Below, in pieces: positions 29,072 through 39,866 of a DNA stretch of 64,000 nt (the stretch's first letter is position 1; the number at the start of each line of letters is the position of its first letter). The translations under genes were made by a program, and so were the position numbers. A model generated the notes under the pieces. The model saw only the letters and a program-made list of their open reading frames with translations, was not told the DNA's origin and ran no database searches. This DNA is from Phycisphaerae bacterium. Its GTDB lineage: Bacteria > Planctomycetota > Phycisphaerae > SM23-33. The stretch is from positions 62,634-126,633 of the forward strand of contig CAXXMC010000003.1 of assembly GCA_963664745.2 (NCBI GenBank). The letters run 5' to 3'.

Positions 29072-29262
29072 TGAGACTCATCTCCCACATAAACCAGCCT
29101 CAGGACACACTACACGCAACCGGGGTATCTTCGGTCAACTCGGGCGTAAACATATCGCATTCACCGTAATTGTAACCTGCCGAATGGGTCTGGCAAGGTC
29201 AAAAGTATTATAAACCGTTATTTATGCACAACGTCAAAATTTAGGTGTTCCAGAAACAAAAA

Positions 29263-29652
29263 CTATTTAACGTTGTCGTAGGCTTCGTTTTGGAGTTCTT
29301 CTGCGCCGCAGTAGAGGCACTTGCGATGCTTGGGCGACATAGTCCTGCTACATTTGTGACACTTCTTGACCAGTTTTGTCACTTTGCCGTCAGCTACGCC
29401 ATCGCGAAGATCAACTTCTTGAACCTTGGCGAGAAGGTCTTCCTCGGTCAGGCTGGTGCGTTCTTTCAACAGTTCCCACACCGCCATGTTCACGAGCAGG
29501 AGTTTGTCGATGCGCTCTTCGAGCGATATCACAGCCCGCTCGGCCCGATTGGCGCCGGCTTCGCTTCTGGCAGATGCTCTGGCTGAGGCTGTCGCGTCGG
29601 CTATGACTTCCTGTATCTTCATGGAATTAAACATCCCGCCAAATCCAGCCAT
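29263..29652 (-). CDS. Hypothetical protein with a C-terminal zinc ribbon
   Basis: Coiled coil, DLRDGVADGK, CHKC...CLYCG. Confidence 0.75.
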   Translation of the reverse strand: MAGFGGMFNSMKIQEVIADATASARASARSEAGANRAERAVISLEERIDKLLLVNMAVWELLKERTSLTEEDLLAKVQEVDLRDGVADGKVTKLVKKCHKCSRTMSPKHRKCLYCGAEELQNEAYDNVK

Positions 29653-29709
29653 GGTCTTTTATCCTTGTTCAAAATTCTGGAGTAGATTGCAGGCCAAAAG
29701 TGAGACCTG

Positions 29710-30618
29710 TCATTCATTCACCCATTCGCCGGAAAATACTTCCGTAGCCGGGCCTGTCATGAAGACGTGATTGTCACTCTCTCGCCATTCGATGTTCAGA
29801 TCTCCCCCAGCCAAATGTACCAGCACGGCCCGGCTGGACTTGCCGGTCAATACACCAGCGACGCAAACGGCTGACGCACCGGTTCCGCAGGCCCAGGTTA
29901 TCCCGCTGCCACGCTCCCATGTCCGCATCTTCAACTCGCCATCGCCGATGACCTGAACGAAATGAGCATTGATCCTGTTCGGAAAAATCTTTGCGTTCTC
30001 TATGATCGGCCCGACCGTCTCAAGTGGTACGGCGTCGACGTCCTTGCAGAACAGAACGGCGTGCGGATTGCCCATCGAAACGCATGTAAAGGCAGGCTCG
30101 AGTCCTGCTGCTTCCATCCAGCCGGTTGAGTTGTCCAGCACGCAGCAAGCCTCGATAGGCATATTGACTATAGGCTCGGCCTGTTCGTTCGGCAGGGCGA
30201 CTGGAACGTCCGCAGGGACAAGAATCGGTTCACCCATGTCGACCGTCGCAGCTGAGACTTTTTTATCATTGTTATTAGCGCAATCGCCATTGGTGAAAAT
30301 TTTGTCGATAGTTTTTATCCCGCTGGCTGTTTCCACTTTGACGGGGTTCATTTCAGCCAGGCCTCGCTCGTGGGAGAACTTCGCTACGCATCTGATCGCG
30401 TTTCCGCACATCATTCCCTCAGAACCATCGGCATTGAACATTCGCATCCGAACATCCGCGGTGTCGCTGGGCAGGATCAGCACCAGCCCATCGCCCCCAA
30501 TGCCGAAGTGACGGTCACTGACCGCCCTGGCCAGGCTGGCTGGGTCCGTGACAGATTCCTCAAAACCATTAACGTATATGTAATCGTTGCCGATACCGTG
30601 CATCTTCGTAAACTGCAT
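29710..30618 (-). CDS. dapF: Diaminopimelate epimerase
   Basis: FTKMHGIGND, NADGSEGMMCGNAIRC, MGNPH, ERGSGITWACGTG. Confidence 0.97.
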   Translation of the reverse strand: MQFTKMHGIGNDYIYVNGFEESVTDPASLARAVSDRHFGIGGDGLVLILPSDTADVRMRMFNADGSEGMMCGNAIRCVAKFSHERGLAEMNPVKVETASGIKTIDKIFTNGDCANNNDKKVSAATVDMGEPILVPADVPVALPNEQAEPIVNMPIEACCVLDNSTGWMEAAGLEPAFTCVSMGNPHAVLFCKDVDAVPLETVGPIIENAKIFPNRINAHFVQVIGDGELKMRTWERGSGITWACGTGASAVCVAGVLTGKSSRAVLVHLAGGDLNIEWRESDNHVFMTGPATEVFSGEWVNE

Positions 30619-30706
30619 TTTCAAAAATCCTTTCTATTTAGGAATTTATTATAGCAGCCTGGTATCGGCGGGCAAGGCTTGGCGAGATTTATTGACTGGT
30701 GTTGAC

Positions 30707-30740
30707 AAAAAAAACCGTGACGGGGATGAAGCCGTCACGG
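30707..30740 (-). terminator. Intrinsic terminator after the sigma factor gene
   Basis: CCGTGACGG-loop-CCGTCACGG followed by a U-tract on the minus strand. Confidence 0.75.
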
Positions 30741-30815
30741 CTGGGGCAAATTCTATGTACTGAAATTATATAAATTCGTTTTTTGCTAATGTATTAGCAA
30801 GGCCGGCCTGCGGTT

Positions 30816-31607
30816 CTACGCAGGCTGGAGTTCCCTTTGTCGCTGGTCGAGTTGCAGACGAAGCCTGTCCATGATAGCCGAGTGCATCTGGCTGACCCGG
30901 CTTTCTGAAAGATCCAGCGTCTCGCCGATTTCTTTCATTGTCATCTCTTCAAAATAGTAAAGGATGACGATCAGGCGCTCGGCCCGGCTTAGGCCTCGGG
31001 TTAACAATTCCTTCAAATCCTTCTGTTGAGCGGAATGTACTGGGTTCTCGCTGGCAGGGTCTTCAAAAACGTCAATTTCGCAAACGTCCTTGCTGGAGTC
31101 CGTCTCAAACCACTTTCGGGAAAGGGACACGAAATTGGTTGCACTGGAATCACGCTGAATTTTACGGAACTCTTTGAGCGAGAGTTTCATTCTCGCGGCA
31201 AGTTCCTTTTCGTTTGGTTTACGACCCAGTTGGGCTTCCAGTGCACCGGTGGCTTCGTTGACCTTGCTGGCCCGGCTGCGTACAAGTCGCGGTACCCAAT
31301 CCAAGGAACGTAATTCATCCAGAATGGCTCCGCGAATCCGCTGCGCGCAATACGTCTCAAATTTCACGCCTCGATTGACGTCAAACGCTTTTACGGCATC
31401 AAGCAAACCGAAGACGCCTGACGAAATCAGATCGTCAACGTCAACTTCATCAGGCAGCTTGGTGTGCAACCGCTCAGCTGTGTACTTAACGATCGGCAAA
31501 TAATGCTCAAGAAGACGGTTGCGAGATTCTTCGTCTCCGTCCTTCTTAAAGGTTGCCCACCAGGTTTTCACCTGATCCGCCGTTGCTCTTTCCTTATTGA
31601 ATTTCAT
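30816..31607 (-). CDS. fliA: FliA/WhiG family RNA polymerase sigma factor
   Basis: RIRGAILDELRSLDWVPR, LSESRVSQMH; GGAG RBS before 31607. Confidence 0.92.
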   Translation of the reverse strand: MKFNKERATADQVKTWWATFKKDGDEESRNRLLEHYLPIVKYTAERLHTKLPDEVDVDDLISSGVFGLLDAVKAFDVNRGVKFETYCAQRIRGAILDELRSLDWVPRLVRSRASKVNEATGALEAQLGRKPNEKELAARMKLSLKEFRKIQRDSSATNFVSLSRKWFETDSSKDVCEIDVFEDPASENPVHSAQQKDLKELLTRGLSRAERLIVILYYFEEMTMKEIGETLDLSESRVSQMHSAIMDRLRLQLDQRQRELQPA

Positions 31608-31993
31608 CCCTGTCTCCTTCCAGTACATTGCCACGCCAGATCATCCGTGATCTGACAATCATACATATGGACATATAAAACTTTATTATTAAAGAAGTTA
31701 TCAATTTGCAAAGCCAGCGAATCCGCCTCTGGCATTGCATGATGACACAAATTATCTATAGCTCTTATCTTTCCTATCTTATTTTCTTGATATATCCGGT
31801 TTTCTTTAGCGATTTGTTTGGACTTTTTTCCAAAAGTATCCATTTTGCATGGGAACGGTCTCTGGATTGATAAGGCAGGGGGGTAATGAATTGCTTGATT
31901 CTGGTTTTTGGAAATATCCCTTGGTTCAGTTGCAGTGCTCCATGCCGCGACAAGCAACAACACCAGTACGATGAATTCCCAACGGATTCTCAT
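31604..31993 (-). CDS. Possible small exported hypothetical protein
   Basis: Signal-peptide-like N-terminus and GGGGG RBS; the 3' half is AT-rich and doubtful. Confidence 0.35.
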   Translation of the reverse strand: MRIRWEFIVLVLLLVAAWSTATEPRDISKNQNQAIHYPPALSIQRPFPCKMDTFGKKSKQIAKENRIYQENKIGKIRAIDNLCHHAMPEADSLALQIDNFFNNKVLYVHMYDCQITDDLAWQCTGRRQG

Positions 31994-32176
31994 AGCCTGG
32001 CCCCCTTAAATTCAAAACGGGTGGGAATAGAGGCCCCCTGTAGACAGACGCGAAGTATCGCCCAGCCAAATTGACGAGCAATCATTCCTTCGGCCAGCGT
32101 GAACGGTCGAACGTGTTTCTTTACAGCGTAATTCACGAGCGGTCCTCCATGACCGTCGTAACAAGTCCGTCAGAGC

Positions 32177-32563
32177 TCAGGCATCCTTGCCGGAATCCAA
32201 CTGGACAAAATATTCTTTTATAAAATCAAGCCCCTTTCGCTGATTCCTGAAAAAGGCAATGGTGTCAAGGCGTTCAAAAACTTTTTCATCGTACAAACGG
32301 TGACCTCCACGAGTCCAGTCGCTCTCGTAGATCAGCCCCATAGTGGTGTAGTTATGAATTGTCTGCCTGCTTACGCCGGAATAATCTACAACTTCACCAA
32401 TCCTGTAAAATTTGGGGGGGCGATCACGTCTTGGAAGTTTCCCGCCGGGCAGTTCGCCACTGGTTCTGCCGTTCTTCTGCGAGTCTGACGAAGCTACTCT
32501 TCCTGATGTCTCAGAAAAGCTATGTGCAAAATTGTCATGACTCACAGAATGAAAATTTTCCAT
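32177..32563 (-). CDS. Short MerR-family HTH regulator
   Basis: YRIGEVVDYSGVSRQTIHNYTTMGLI...TRGGHRLY; start uncertain. Confidence 0.85.
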   Translation of the reverse strand: MENFHSVSHDNFAHSFSETSGRVASSDSQKNGRTSGELPGGKLPRRDRPPKFYRIGEVVDYSGVSRQTIHNYTTMGLIYESDWTRGGHRLYDEKVFERLDTIAFFRNQRKGLDFIKEYFVQLDSGKDA

Positions 32564-32599
32564 CGAAATTCCTTACATGAACGTTTGACTCGATTCTAT

Positions 32600-32623
32600 T
32601 TTTACATTTTGCAAAATGTAAAA
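32600..32623. promoter_or_regulatory. Perfect 24-bp palindrome upstream of the MerR gene
   Basis: TTTTACATTTTGCAAAATGTAAAA, flanked by TTTGACT/AGTCAAA. Confidence 0.6.
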
Positions 32624-32758
32624 TGCCATTAAAGGGAAAAAAAGTCAAACGAAATTCGAGTTTTTTTATTTTTTTATTTCTCGCAAGGTTTGGATGAGGC
32701 GATTGCGATGTCATTTTTTTTCGGTGAGGTATCTTTTGGAGGGGGATCGGGTAAATCT

Positions 32759-32919
32759 TAAATCATTGAAAAGTTGAGAGTTCACAATTTTGTGGAGCGG
32801 GTTTGTTCGTGGCAAGGAAGAAACATCAAGCATAGTAAGTCCTATTCCGAAATGTTTCTGAAGCAGCCAAGGGTAAAGCAAGCCACCAAAAAGCGAACTC
32901 TCAAGGTTGAATTGCTCTA
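32759..32919. mobile_element. Fold-back MITE-like element, subfamily A, copy 2
   Basis: 161 bp; reverse complement of the 8836 copy; core at 32812-32866. Confidence 0.85.
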
Positions 32920-32952
32920 AGCAGCGCATAGGACTTTCACCGCTGAGTATAC

Positions 32953-32983
32953 AAAAAACATGCCCACGCAAGTGTGGGCATGT
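32953..32983 (-). terminator. Intrinsic terminator after the PEP-CTERM remnant
   Basis: ACATGCCCAC-loop-GTGGGCATGT followed by a U-tract on the minus strand. Confidence 0.7.
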
Positions 32984-33018
32984 CGTCATTTTGTTCATAT
33001 CAATTTATTCCGCCCGTT

Positions 33019-33542
33019 TTATGCGCGTCTGCGGCTGCGGAACAGAGCAACGGCTCCGAATGCCATCAGGCCGTCGCCGGTTCCGGCACAGCCGTGACGG
33101 TCAACATCGTATCACCAGCCAGGTCGCCTTCAGTGATATAATCTAGCGTGTAATCTTCACCGTATGTCGCGCCGGTAATATTAGCCCATTCGCCGATGGA
33201 ATCATCCCAATACCGAATCGCATCCGCACCCTCGACCAGCCCGAGAAATTCACCAATCGCCCCGGAGGCATCAAAAGCCCCAGTCAATGCCAAAATCCCA
33301 CCAGTTGACATGTTAATGAAACCTTTTCCGTTATTATACACGTCGATAGTCAGAGTTCCATTAACACTTACCAACCCCCCGTCAGTGATATTCAGCCTGC
33401 CGTTGCCGTTGTTGGCAACATTCAGGTCACCACTATTCGTCCATGTCGAGCCTGTCCCAGAGACTGTAACCTGGCCAGTAGAACCCGCTTCCCCGCCGAT
33501 GGTGGTGGAGTGGCAACACTGCGTTTTTTGCAGGGTAGCCAT
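33019..33542 (-). pseudogene. Truncated, frameshifted PEP-CTERM surface protein
   Basis: Beta-repeat (GSTGQVTVSGTGSTWTNSGDL); VPEPAT then a stop; TM and Arg tail GLMAFGAVALFRSRRRA* lie in another frame; no signal peptide. Confidence 0.8.
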
Positions 33543-33575
33543 GGCTGGGGTATCAAAAATGTCTTGGTTATAATT

Positions 33576-34556
33576 TCACGCGCCAGCTGCGAGCGGGTGG
33601 GCGTGGTTGTAGACTTTTTTGAGTCGTTTTGTGGTCAGGTGCGTATAGATTTGTGTGGTCGAGAGGTTCTCATGGCCTAGCATTTCCTGCACGCTCCTCA
33701 AGTCAGCTCCGGCGTTGAGCATGTGCGTCGCGAAACTGTGCCGCAACGTGTGCGGGCTGATGTGGGCGGGAATACCAGCCAGGATCATGTATTTGTTCAA
33801 CTTCCGGCGAATGGAACGGTCTGAAATTCTCTTCCCTGCCCGGTTTACGAACAGCGGGCCCTTTTGGGGCTTACTTGCAGCCTGGCCTCGCATGGCAAGG
33901 TAGTGGGTGATGGCGCGGATGGCGGCTCGTCCGAGCGGGGTGAGACGCTCTTTTTTGCCCTTGCCGCGGATTTTCACAGCTTCTTCAAATTCGTTTAGGT
34001 CTTCGATATTCAGGCCCACCAGTTCGCTGATTCTCAGCCCGGCTGAGTAAATTGTCTCGAGAATGGCCTTGTCGCGTGCGCCGAGCATGGTGGTCGTGTC
34101 TGGCGCATCCAGCAGGGTGTTTATTTGCTGGACGTCCAGGAATTTCGGCAGGCGTTTATCCAGCCTGGGCGTGCGGATAACACTCACCGGTGAAGATTCA
34201 ACCTCGCCGGAGCGTACGAGATACTTGTAAAAACTTCTCAGTGTTGCCAGCTTGCGCGCGGTTGTGGATTTGCTGTAGTCGCTGCCGCGTAGCAGGGCCA
34301 GGTATGAACGAACCTCCAGCGGATTGACAGCCAGTAGTCGCTGGGAAAGTTTCTCGGGCGGAAGGTCTTCGATGTCAGCCAGTTTTTCAACCGTCAGATC
34401 GGGCAGTCCGCCGAGTGAGGCCAGGTCATCCGTAGCTGCGAGAAATTGGCAGAATTGAACCATGTCAGCTGAGTATGAGCGGATTGTGTGGGCCGAAAAA
34501 TTCCGCTCTATTTCGAGGTAGTCCAGGAAATTTTGTATGAGTGGGAGCTCTCCCAT
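33576..34556 (-). CDS. xerC: Tyrosine recombinase XerC
   Basis: SAHTIRSY, GLRISEL, GKGKKER, HTLRHSFATH, LGHENLSTTQIYTH. Confidence 0.9.
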   Translation of the reverse strand: MGELPLIQNFLDYLEIERNFSAHTIRSYSADMVQFCQFLAATDDLASLGGLPDLTVEKLADIEDLPPEKLSQRLLAVNPLEVRSYLALLRGSDYSKSTTARKLATLRSFYKYLVRSGEVESSPVSVIRTPRLDKRLPKFLDVQQINTLLDAPDTTTMLGARDKAILETIYSAGLRISELVGLNIEDLNEFEEAVKIRGKGKKERLTPLGRAAIRAITHYLAMRGQAASKPQKGPLFVNRAGKRISDRSIRRKLNKYMILAGIPAHISPHTLRHSFATHMLNAGADLRSVQEMLGHENLSTTQIYTHLTTKRLKKVYNHAHPLAAGA

Positions 34557-34605
34557 TTATTTTCCTTATGCTAACGGTTTCGGGGATCGGCTGGGCCAGT
34601 TGGGT

Positions 34606-34830
34606 TTAGTCCAAGGCCAGCTTGTCTTCTTGTGACTCTTCGCAGCAGTCATCCGCGGCGAACTGAGTCACCTGGAAGCTCAAAGCCGCGGCGTCCATCC
34701 AGTCAAAATCCGATTCCCGGTCGTCTGCCAGCCGCATAAGTTCTTCTACGACTTCGTCCTCTAGGCCTGGTGCATACTTTACCATATAAGTATGGCCTGC
34801 TTTTTCCAGGTGCAGCGTTCTGGTGTCCAT
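34606..34830 (-). CDS. Small acidic hypothetical protein
   Basis: AAGGA RBS; FDWMDAAALS motif; upstream of xerC. Confidence 0.65.
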   Translation of the reverse strand: MDTRTLHLEKAGHTYMVKYAPGLEDEVVEELMRLADDRESDFDWMDAAALSFQVTQFAADDCCEESQEDKLALD

Positions 34831-35002
34831 TACTGTATTCCTTCTGTGAACATCCATTTTGTTACAAACTTCTTCCAATCTAGTTATCGGTCTTTTGTGC
34901 TGTTCCGCTTAAATCCGAGTATTTCGATTGGATGTTTTTCTCCGTCGGGTTGGTGTGGTATACTTAGTTGGGCGTTTTTGTGCTCATTTGGAAGGATGAA
35001 TT

Positions 35003-35773
35003 TTGACAGCTGAAGATTCCGGCGAAGTAAGAATGGCCATCGGCGAGCATCTCGAGGAGTTGCGTCGGCGGGTGCTTTACGCGCTGGGCGGGCTGATCGT
35101 GGGTATGGTGGTGGCGTTTTTTTTCGGGGGGAAAATCCTGGCTGTGCTGGAATATCCGTATCGACAGGTGATGACTGAACTGGGTCAGGATCCGTCGTTA
35201 TGGGTTTTCAACGCATCAGCCGGTTTCATGATCTACATGAAAGTTTCGCTTATCGGCGGCCTGATACTCAGTGCGCCCTGGATTTTCTATCAGTTCTGGG
35301 CGTTCGCCTCAGCGGGCCTGTATTGGCGGGAGCGACGATACGTACTCATAGCAGTGCCGCTTTCCGCGCTGCTTTTCGTGACGGGATCGATGTTCTTCCT
35401 GCTGGTCGCTGCCTTGCCGCTGTTGAGGTTTTTCCTGCAATTCAACCAGTCGCTCGGAATTGAAACCCGCCTAACGCTGAACAATCATATCAGTATGATG
35501 ACGGGGATGATGCTGGCCTTCGGATTGGGGTTTCAGCTGCCGCTCGTAGTTGCATTACTGGGCGCCATGGGCCTGGTCTCGCCGAAAACACTGAGCAGAT
35601 ATCGACGACACGTTATCGTAATTCTGCTGATTTTCGCTGCGCTGGTAACTTCGCCCAGCCCGGTGGATCAGGTCATGCTGGCCCTGCCGATGTGGCTGCT
35701 TTACGAACTGGGAATCTTGCTGGTCTGGCTGATGAAAAGAACCAAAGCCGACCACCCGGGGAATTCTTTGTAA
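35003..35773 (+). CDS. tatC: Twin-arginine translocase subunit TatC
   Basis: HLEELRRR, YQFWAF..GLY..ER, FQLP, PMWLLYE. Confidence 0.95.
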   Translation: MTAEDSGEVRMAIGEHLEELRRRVLYALGGLIVGMVVAFFFGGKILAVLEYPYRQVMTELGQDPSLWVFNASAGFMIYMKVSLIGGLILSAPWIFYQFWAFASAGLYWRERRYVLIAVPLSALLFVTGSMFFLLVAALPLLRFFLQFNQSLGIETRLTLNNHISMMTGMMLAFGLGFQLPLVVALLGAMGLVSPKTLSRYRRHVIVILLIFAALVTSPSPVDQVMLALPMWLLYELGILLVWLMKRTKADHPGNSL

Positions 35774-35913
35774 ACTTTTTTTACGAACTTTTTTTGATGA
35801 AAAGATCGTGGGTTTTTTTACCTGGGGGGGCACTATTATAGTGTTAGTTAGCTGGGCGGTTTTCAGCCTGGGCATTGAAAACAAATTATTATCCAGTCCG
35901 AAAGGATATTTTC

Positions 35914-38019
35914 ATGAGTCGTATATTTGGGTTACATCGAAGTTTGATATTAATTTCGCTTGTATTGGCGAGCACATTGGCTTGGGCTGGTGAAACTGAG
36001 CCGAAACTCCTTAAGGAGTGTCCCAACGGGAAACTGTATCAGGTCGGGCAGCAGAAGCTTATGCTTCTGACCGGCACGCCGTATCAGATGGGTTATGCGC
36101 ACGGAACGCTCATGAAGGATGAAGTTCAGTCTATGACAAAGCGCGTCTTGGCGTTCTGTCGTATTTCAGACCTTGCCCGGGAAAAGAATTTATTTGCAGG
36201 CAGCATCGAGGAAGCCTATCGGCGGACAGCTCCGTTTATTCCGAAACGATATCAGCAGGAGATGGCAGGCCTGGCCAAGGCGTCGGGCGTTTCGCTGCGA
36301 GATGTGCGGTTTGCGAATATTTTCCCAGCCTTGTTTCATTGCAGCGGCTTTGCCATGTTCGGCAAGGCTACGAAAGACGGTCAACTGCTCCATGGTCGCG
36401 TTCTGGATTATATGACGCAACTTGGCCTGCAGGAAAACGCCGTGACGATCATCGCAAAACCCAAGGGCTATAACGCCTTTGTGAACGTCAGCTATTCCGG
36501 CTTTATTGGCTCGGTTACGGGCATGAACGAAAAGCAGATCGCAATTGGTGAAATGGGAGGCAGGGGGGAAGGCCAATGGGACGGCGTGCCCATGCCGATG
36601 CTTTTCCGCATGGTACTTGAAGAAGCTGACACGCTCAATGAGGCTGTGGAAGTTTTCAAGAATACCCCGCGGACGTGCGAATATTATTATGTTATTTCCG
36701 ACGGTAAGATTCCCGATGCCCGTGGTCTGCATTGCACCCCGGAAGAAGTCCTTGTCCTGGAGCCAGGCGAGAAGAATCCCCAACTCAGCGAAGTGATCGA
36801 CGACGTTGTCGCTTTCAGCGGGCCTGACAGGCTCAAAGCCCTGATGAAAAGGATTCGCGCCGAATACGGGAAAATCACCCCAGCCAAGGCAATCAGGCTG
36901 ATGGATCGCCCGGTTTGTATGGAGTCGAATCTGCATAACGCGCTCTTTGCCCCGGAAACGTTGGAATTATGGGTCGCGCATGCTATTTCGCCGGCTGAGC
37001 CAAAGTATATCGCATGCTGGCAGAAGTATGAGCACTATGACATGGGCAAGCTGATGAAGCTTATGCCCAAGCCTCAGCCTGTAGTAATTTCCGGTGTTGT
37101 CCCTGCTACAGTCGTCAGGCCGATCCGACCGGCAAACGATCCTGAAATGGCAGAGCGGCTTAAGACTTTTGAGGTCAAGCCCGAGGCCTTCAAATGGACA
37201 ATGGCGCCGATGCGCAAAGCCGGTAATCTGCAGGTTTATAGTCTGAAATTTCCCTCGCCGGTCGTTTCACCAGACCCGGAAAACAATACCGTCCACTGTG
37301 AATACTTCCCAGCCTTGGGCAAAGGAAAGAAAACCAGCATTATTGTGCTGCACGGAATGGACGGTACGTTCCTCCTAGAACGTCTGATCTGCCGAACTCT
37401 CGCATCCAACGGTGTGAACGCCTTGCTGCTCAAGATGCCGTACTATGGAGAACGTAGACCGGCAAATAAAAGTGCTCACTACTCATTAACAAATCCGAAA
37501 ACCCTGGCCTTTGCTGTAACACAGACCGTGAAAGATACTCGTCGGGCTGCCCGTTGGTTGGCCAGCAGACCTGAGACTGATTCTTCCCGCATTGGATTGG
37601 TGGGAATAAGTCTCGGCGGTTTGATCGGGTCGCTGACAACCAGTGTGGACGGCGGATTTCCGCGAGTGGCACTTATAGTCGCGGGTGGCAATATAGCGCA
37701 AATCATCACTAATCCCTCGCGCGAGACCAGGGGATTGCGGAAAGGCCTGGCTGATCAGGGTATTACGGCTGAGGCACTTGTCGGTATGCTCATGCCGATC
37801 GAGCCGTTGAATTTTGCGTCCCGACTGCGGCAGGCGAGTGTGCTTATGCTCAATGCAACCTCTGATAATGTAATTCCGCCGGCGTGTTCAATTGAGCTGC
37901 AAAAAGCGAGCAATGCACAAATTTTCTGGTATGATGCAAATCATTATACGATGCTGAAATACCTGCCGATAGCACTTACAAAAGTACTTGCATATTTCAA
38001 AGAAGATAAATGGGACTGA
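35914..38019 (+). CDS. Secreted C45-family Ntn hydrolase fused to an alpha/beta hydrolase
   Basis: Signal peptide; GYAHG, HCSGF, HGRVLD, GMNE; then LHG, GISLG, D and ANH. Confidence 0.8.
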   Translation: MSRIFGLHRSLILISLVLASTLAWAGETEPKLLKECPNGKLYQVGQQKLMLLTGTPYQMGYAHGTLMKDEVQSMTKRVLAFCRISDLAREKNLFAGSIEEAYRRTAPFIPKRYQQEMAGLAKASGVSLRDVRFANIFPALFHCSGFAMFGKATKDGQLLHGRVLDYMTQLGLQENAVTIIAKPKGYNAFVNVSYSGFIGSVTGMNEKQIAIGEMGGRGEGQWDGVPMPMLFRMVLEEADTLNEAVEVFKNTPRTCEYYYVISDGKIPDARGLHCTPEEVLVLEPGEKNPQLSEVIDDVVAFSGPDRLKALMKRIRAEYGKITPAKAIRLMDRPVCMESNLHNALFAPETLELWVAHAISPAEPKYIACWQKYEHYDMGKLMKLMPKPQPVVISGVVPATVVRPIRPANDPEMAERLKTFEVKPEAFKWTMAPMRKAGNLQVYSLKFPSPVVSPDPENNTVHCEYFPALGKGKKTSIIVLHGMDGTFLLERLICRTLASNGVNALLLKMPYYGERRPANKSAHYSLTNPKTLAFAVTQTVKDTRRAARWLASRPETDSSRIGLVGISLGGLIGSLTTSVDGGFPRVALIVAGGNIAQIITNPSRETRGLRKGLADQGITAEALVGMLMPIEPLNFASRLRQASVLMLNATSDNVIPPACSIELQKASNAQIFWYDANHYTMLKYLPIALTKVLAYFKEDKWD

Positions 38020-38188
38020 AGGTTCGGCGTTTACTACTCTGCAAAATTATCCATCGCCAAAAGGCAAGCCGAACTCAGATTCGTATGCAACTTTTCAATG
38101 CTCTAAATTTTCAATTTCGCCATTCGACATTGGCTCGTTATTGGTTCGATATTCAGGTTTCGGAATTTCAAACAGAACCGCAGGTTTA

Positions 38189-39748
38189 TTACTCCCATTC
38201 TATTGTCGCCGGCGGTTTGGACGAGATGTCGTAGACCACTCGATTCACGCCGCGGACTTCGTTGATTATGCGGTTTGAAATCGTAGCCAGGACTGCGTAG
38301 GGAATTCTCGACCAGTCAGCTGTCATGAAGTCGCTGGTGTCAACCGAGCGGATGGCGATAACGTTTTCGTACGTTCTGCCGTCGCCCATAACGCCGACTG
38401 ATTGCACCGGCAGCAGTACGGCGAAGGTCTGGGCGGTCTTGCGATACAGATTGTTCGCCTTTATCTCCTCCAGCAGGATATTATCAGCCTTGCGGAGCAC
38501 TTCGAGTTTATCCCTGGTGATGTCGCTTATGCATCGCACAGCCAGGCCTGGCCCGGGGAACGGATGTCGCCAGACCAATTCTTCCGGCAGTCCGAGCAGC
38601 TCGCCGGCATGACGCACTTCGTCCTTGAACAGGTCACGCAACGGTTCGATCAGGTCGAAGCCCAGCTCGGCAGGCAGGCCTCCGACATTGTGGTGCAGCT
38701 TGATATTCGCAGCCTGGCCTGCCAGCGAATGGCCTGACTCCACGACATCTGGATAAAGCGTGCCCTGGGCGAGGAATTTTGCGTTCGGGATCTTCTTTGC
38801 AGCGGTTTTGAAGGCGTCTATAAACGTATGGCCTATGATTTTCCGCTTTTCCTGCGGGTCAGTCACCCCCGCCAGTTTGGCCAGGAACTCGTCAGCTGCG
38901 GGTATGGTCGTAAGATTAATCTTGAAGTGATCGCGGAACGTCTGTTCGACGAGTTCGACCTCGTTCATTCGCAGCAGGCCGTTGTCCACGAAGATGCACG
39001 CCAAGCGGTCGCCGATGGCTTTGTGGAGCATCGCCGCGACGACTGAAGAATCGACCCCGCCGCTCAGGCCACAGATAACACGGTCATTCGGCCCGACCTG
39101 CTTCTGAACGTTTGCGACGACTTCGTCGATAAACGTGCTCATCTGCCACAGGCCCTGACAGCCACAGATGTCGTAAAGGAAATTTTCGAAAATTTCCGAG
39201 CCGTGCGGCGTGTGCGTTACTTCCGGGTGAAACTGCACGCCGAAGAATGGCTTGCTCTTGTGGCGTACAGCTGCGAACGGGCAGGTGGGGGTCTTGGCGA
39301 GGGGAATAAAATCGCCGCCGATGTCGTTTATCTGGTCGCCGTGGCTCATCCAGACGCTGGTTTCGGCGGGGACGTTTTTGAGTAGGCTGTTCGGTTCGAT
39401 GATCTGCATATTGGCCCGGCCGAACTCTCTGCTGTGGGCGGGCTTTATCTCCGCGCCGAGCGTCTGGCAGGCGATCTGCATGCCGTAGCAAATGCCAAGA
39501 GTCGGTACGCCCAGATCGAAGAGTTCTTCGCGGAATTTCGGGGCGTTTTCTTCATATACGCTGCTGGGCCCGCCGGTGAAAATCAGGCCTTTTGGGTTCA
39601 GATCGCGAATTTCGTCTATCGTAACGTCAGGCCTGGCCAGGATGCTGTAGACCTTCTTCTCTCGCACACGGCGGGCGATGAGCTGGGCGTACTGTGAGCC
39701 GAAATCCAGGATGATGATAGTTTCAGATTGTCCTGCCGATTTATTCAT
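38189..39748 (-). CDS. guaA: GMP synthase (glutamine-hydrolysing)
   Basis: [35 protein letters not shown]. Confidence 0.98.
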   Translation of the reverse strand: MNKSAGQSETIIILDFGSQYAQLIARRVREKKVYSILARPDVTIDEIRDLNPKGLIFTGGPSSVYEENAPKFREELFDLGVPTLGICYGMQIACQTLGAEIKPAHSREFGRANMQIIEPNSLLKNVPAETSVWMSHGDQINDIGGDFIPLAKTPTCPFAAVRHKSKPFFGVQFHPEVTHTPHGSEIFENFLYDICGCQGLWQMSTFIDEVVANVQKQVGPNDRVICGLSGGVDSSVVAAMLHKAIGDRLACIFVDNGLLRMNEVELVEQTFRDHFKINLTTIPAADEFLAKLAGVTDPQEKRKIIGHTFIDAFKTAAKKIPNAKFLAQGTLYPDVVESGHSLAGQAANIKLHHNVGGLPAELGFDLIEPLRDLFKDEVRHAGELLGLPEELVWRHPFPGPGLAVRCISDITRDKLEVLRKADNILLEEIKANNLYRKTAQTFAVLLPVQSVGVMGDGRTYENVIAIRSVDTSDFMTADWSRIPYAVLATISNRIINEVRGVNRVVYDISSKPPATIEWE

Positions 39749-39866
39749 TGCGATACCTCAAGTTCCAGTTCATCTCAGCCCAAACGCAGGGCGAAGGGAA
39801 CATGATAACGACACCGGGGCTTAAAGACAATGGCGCAGTTTGGGGTTGCATCGTGAAACGTCGATT

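Noticed and set aside
33576-34556. Tyrosine recombinase as an integron integrase acting on the hairpins
   Set aside because: Looks like housekeeping XerC with no IntI-specific insertion evident. The hairpins lack attC RYYYAAC/GTTRRRY ends and are not arrayed with cassettes.
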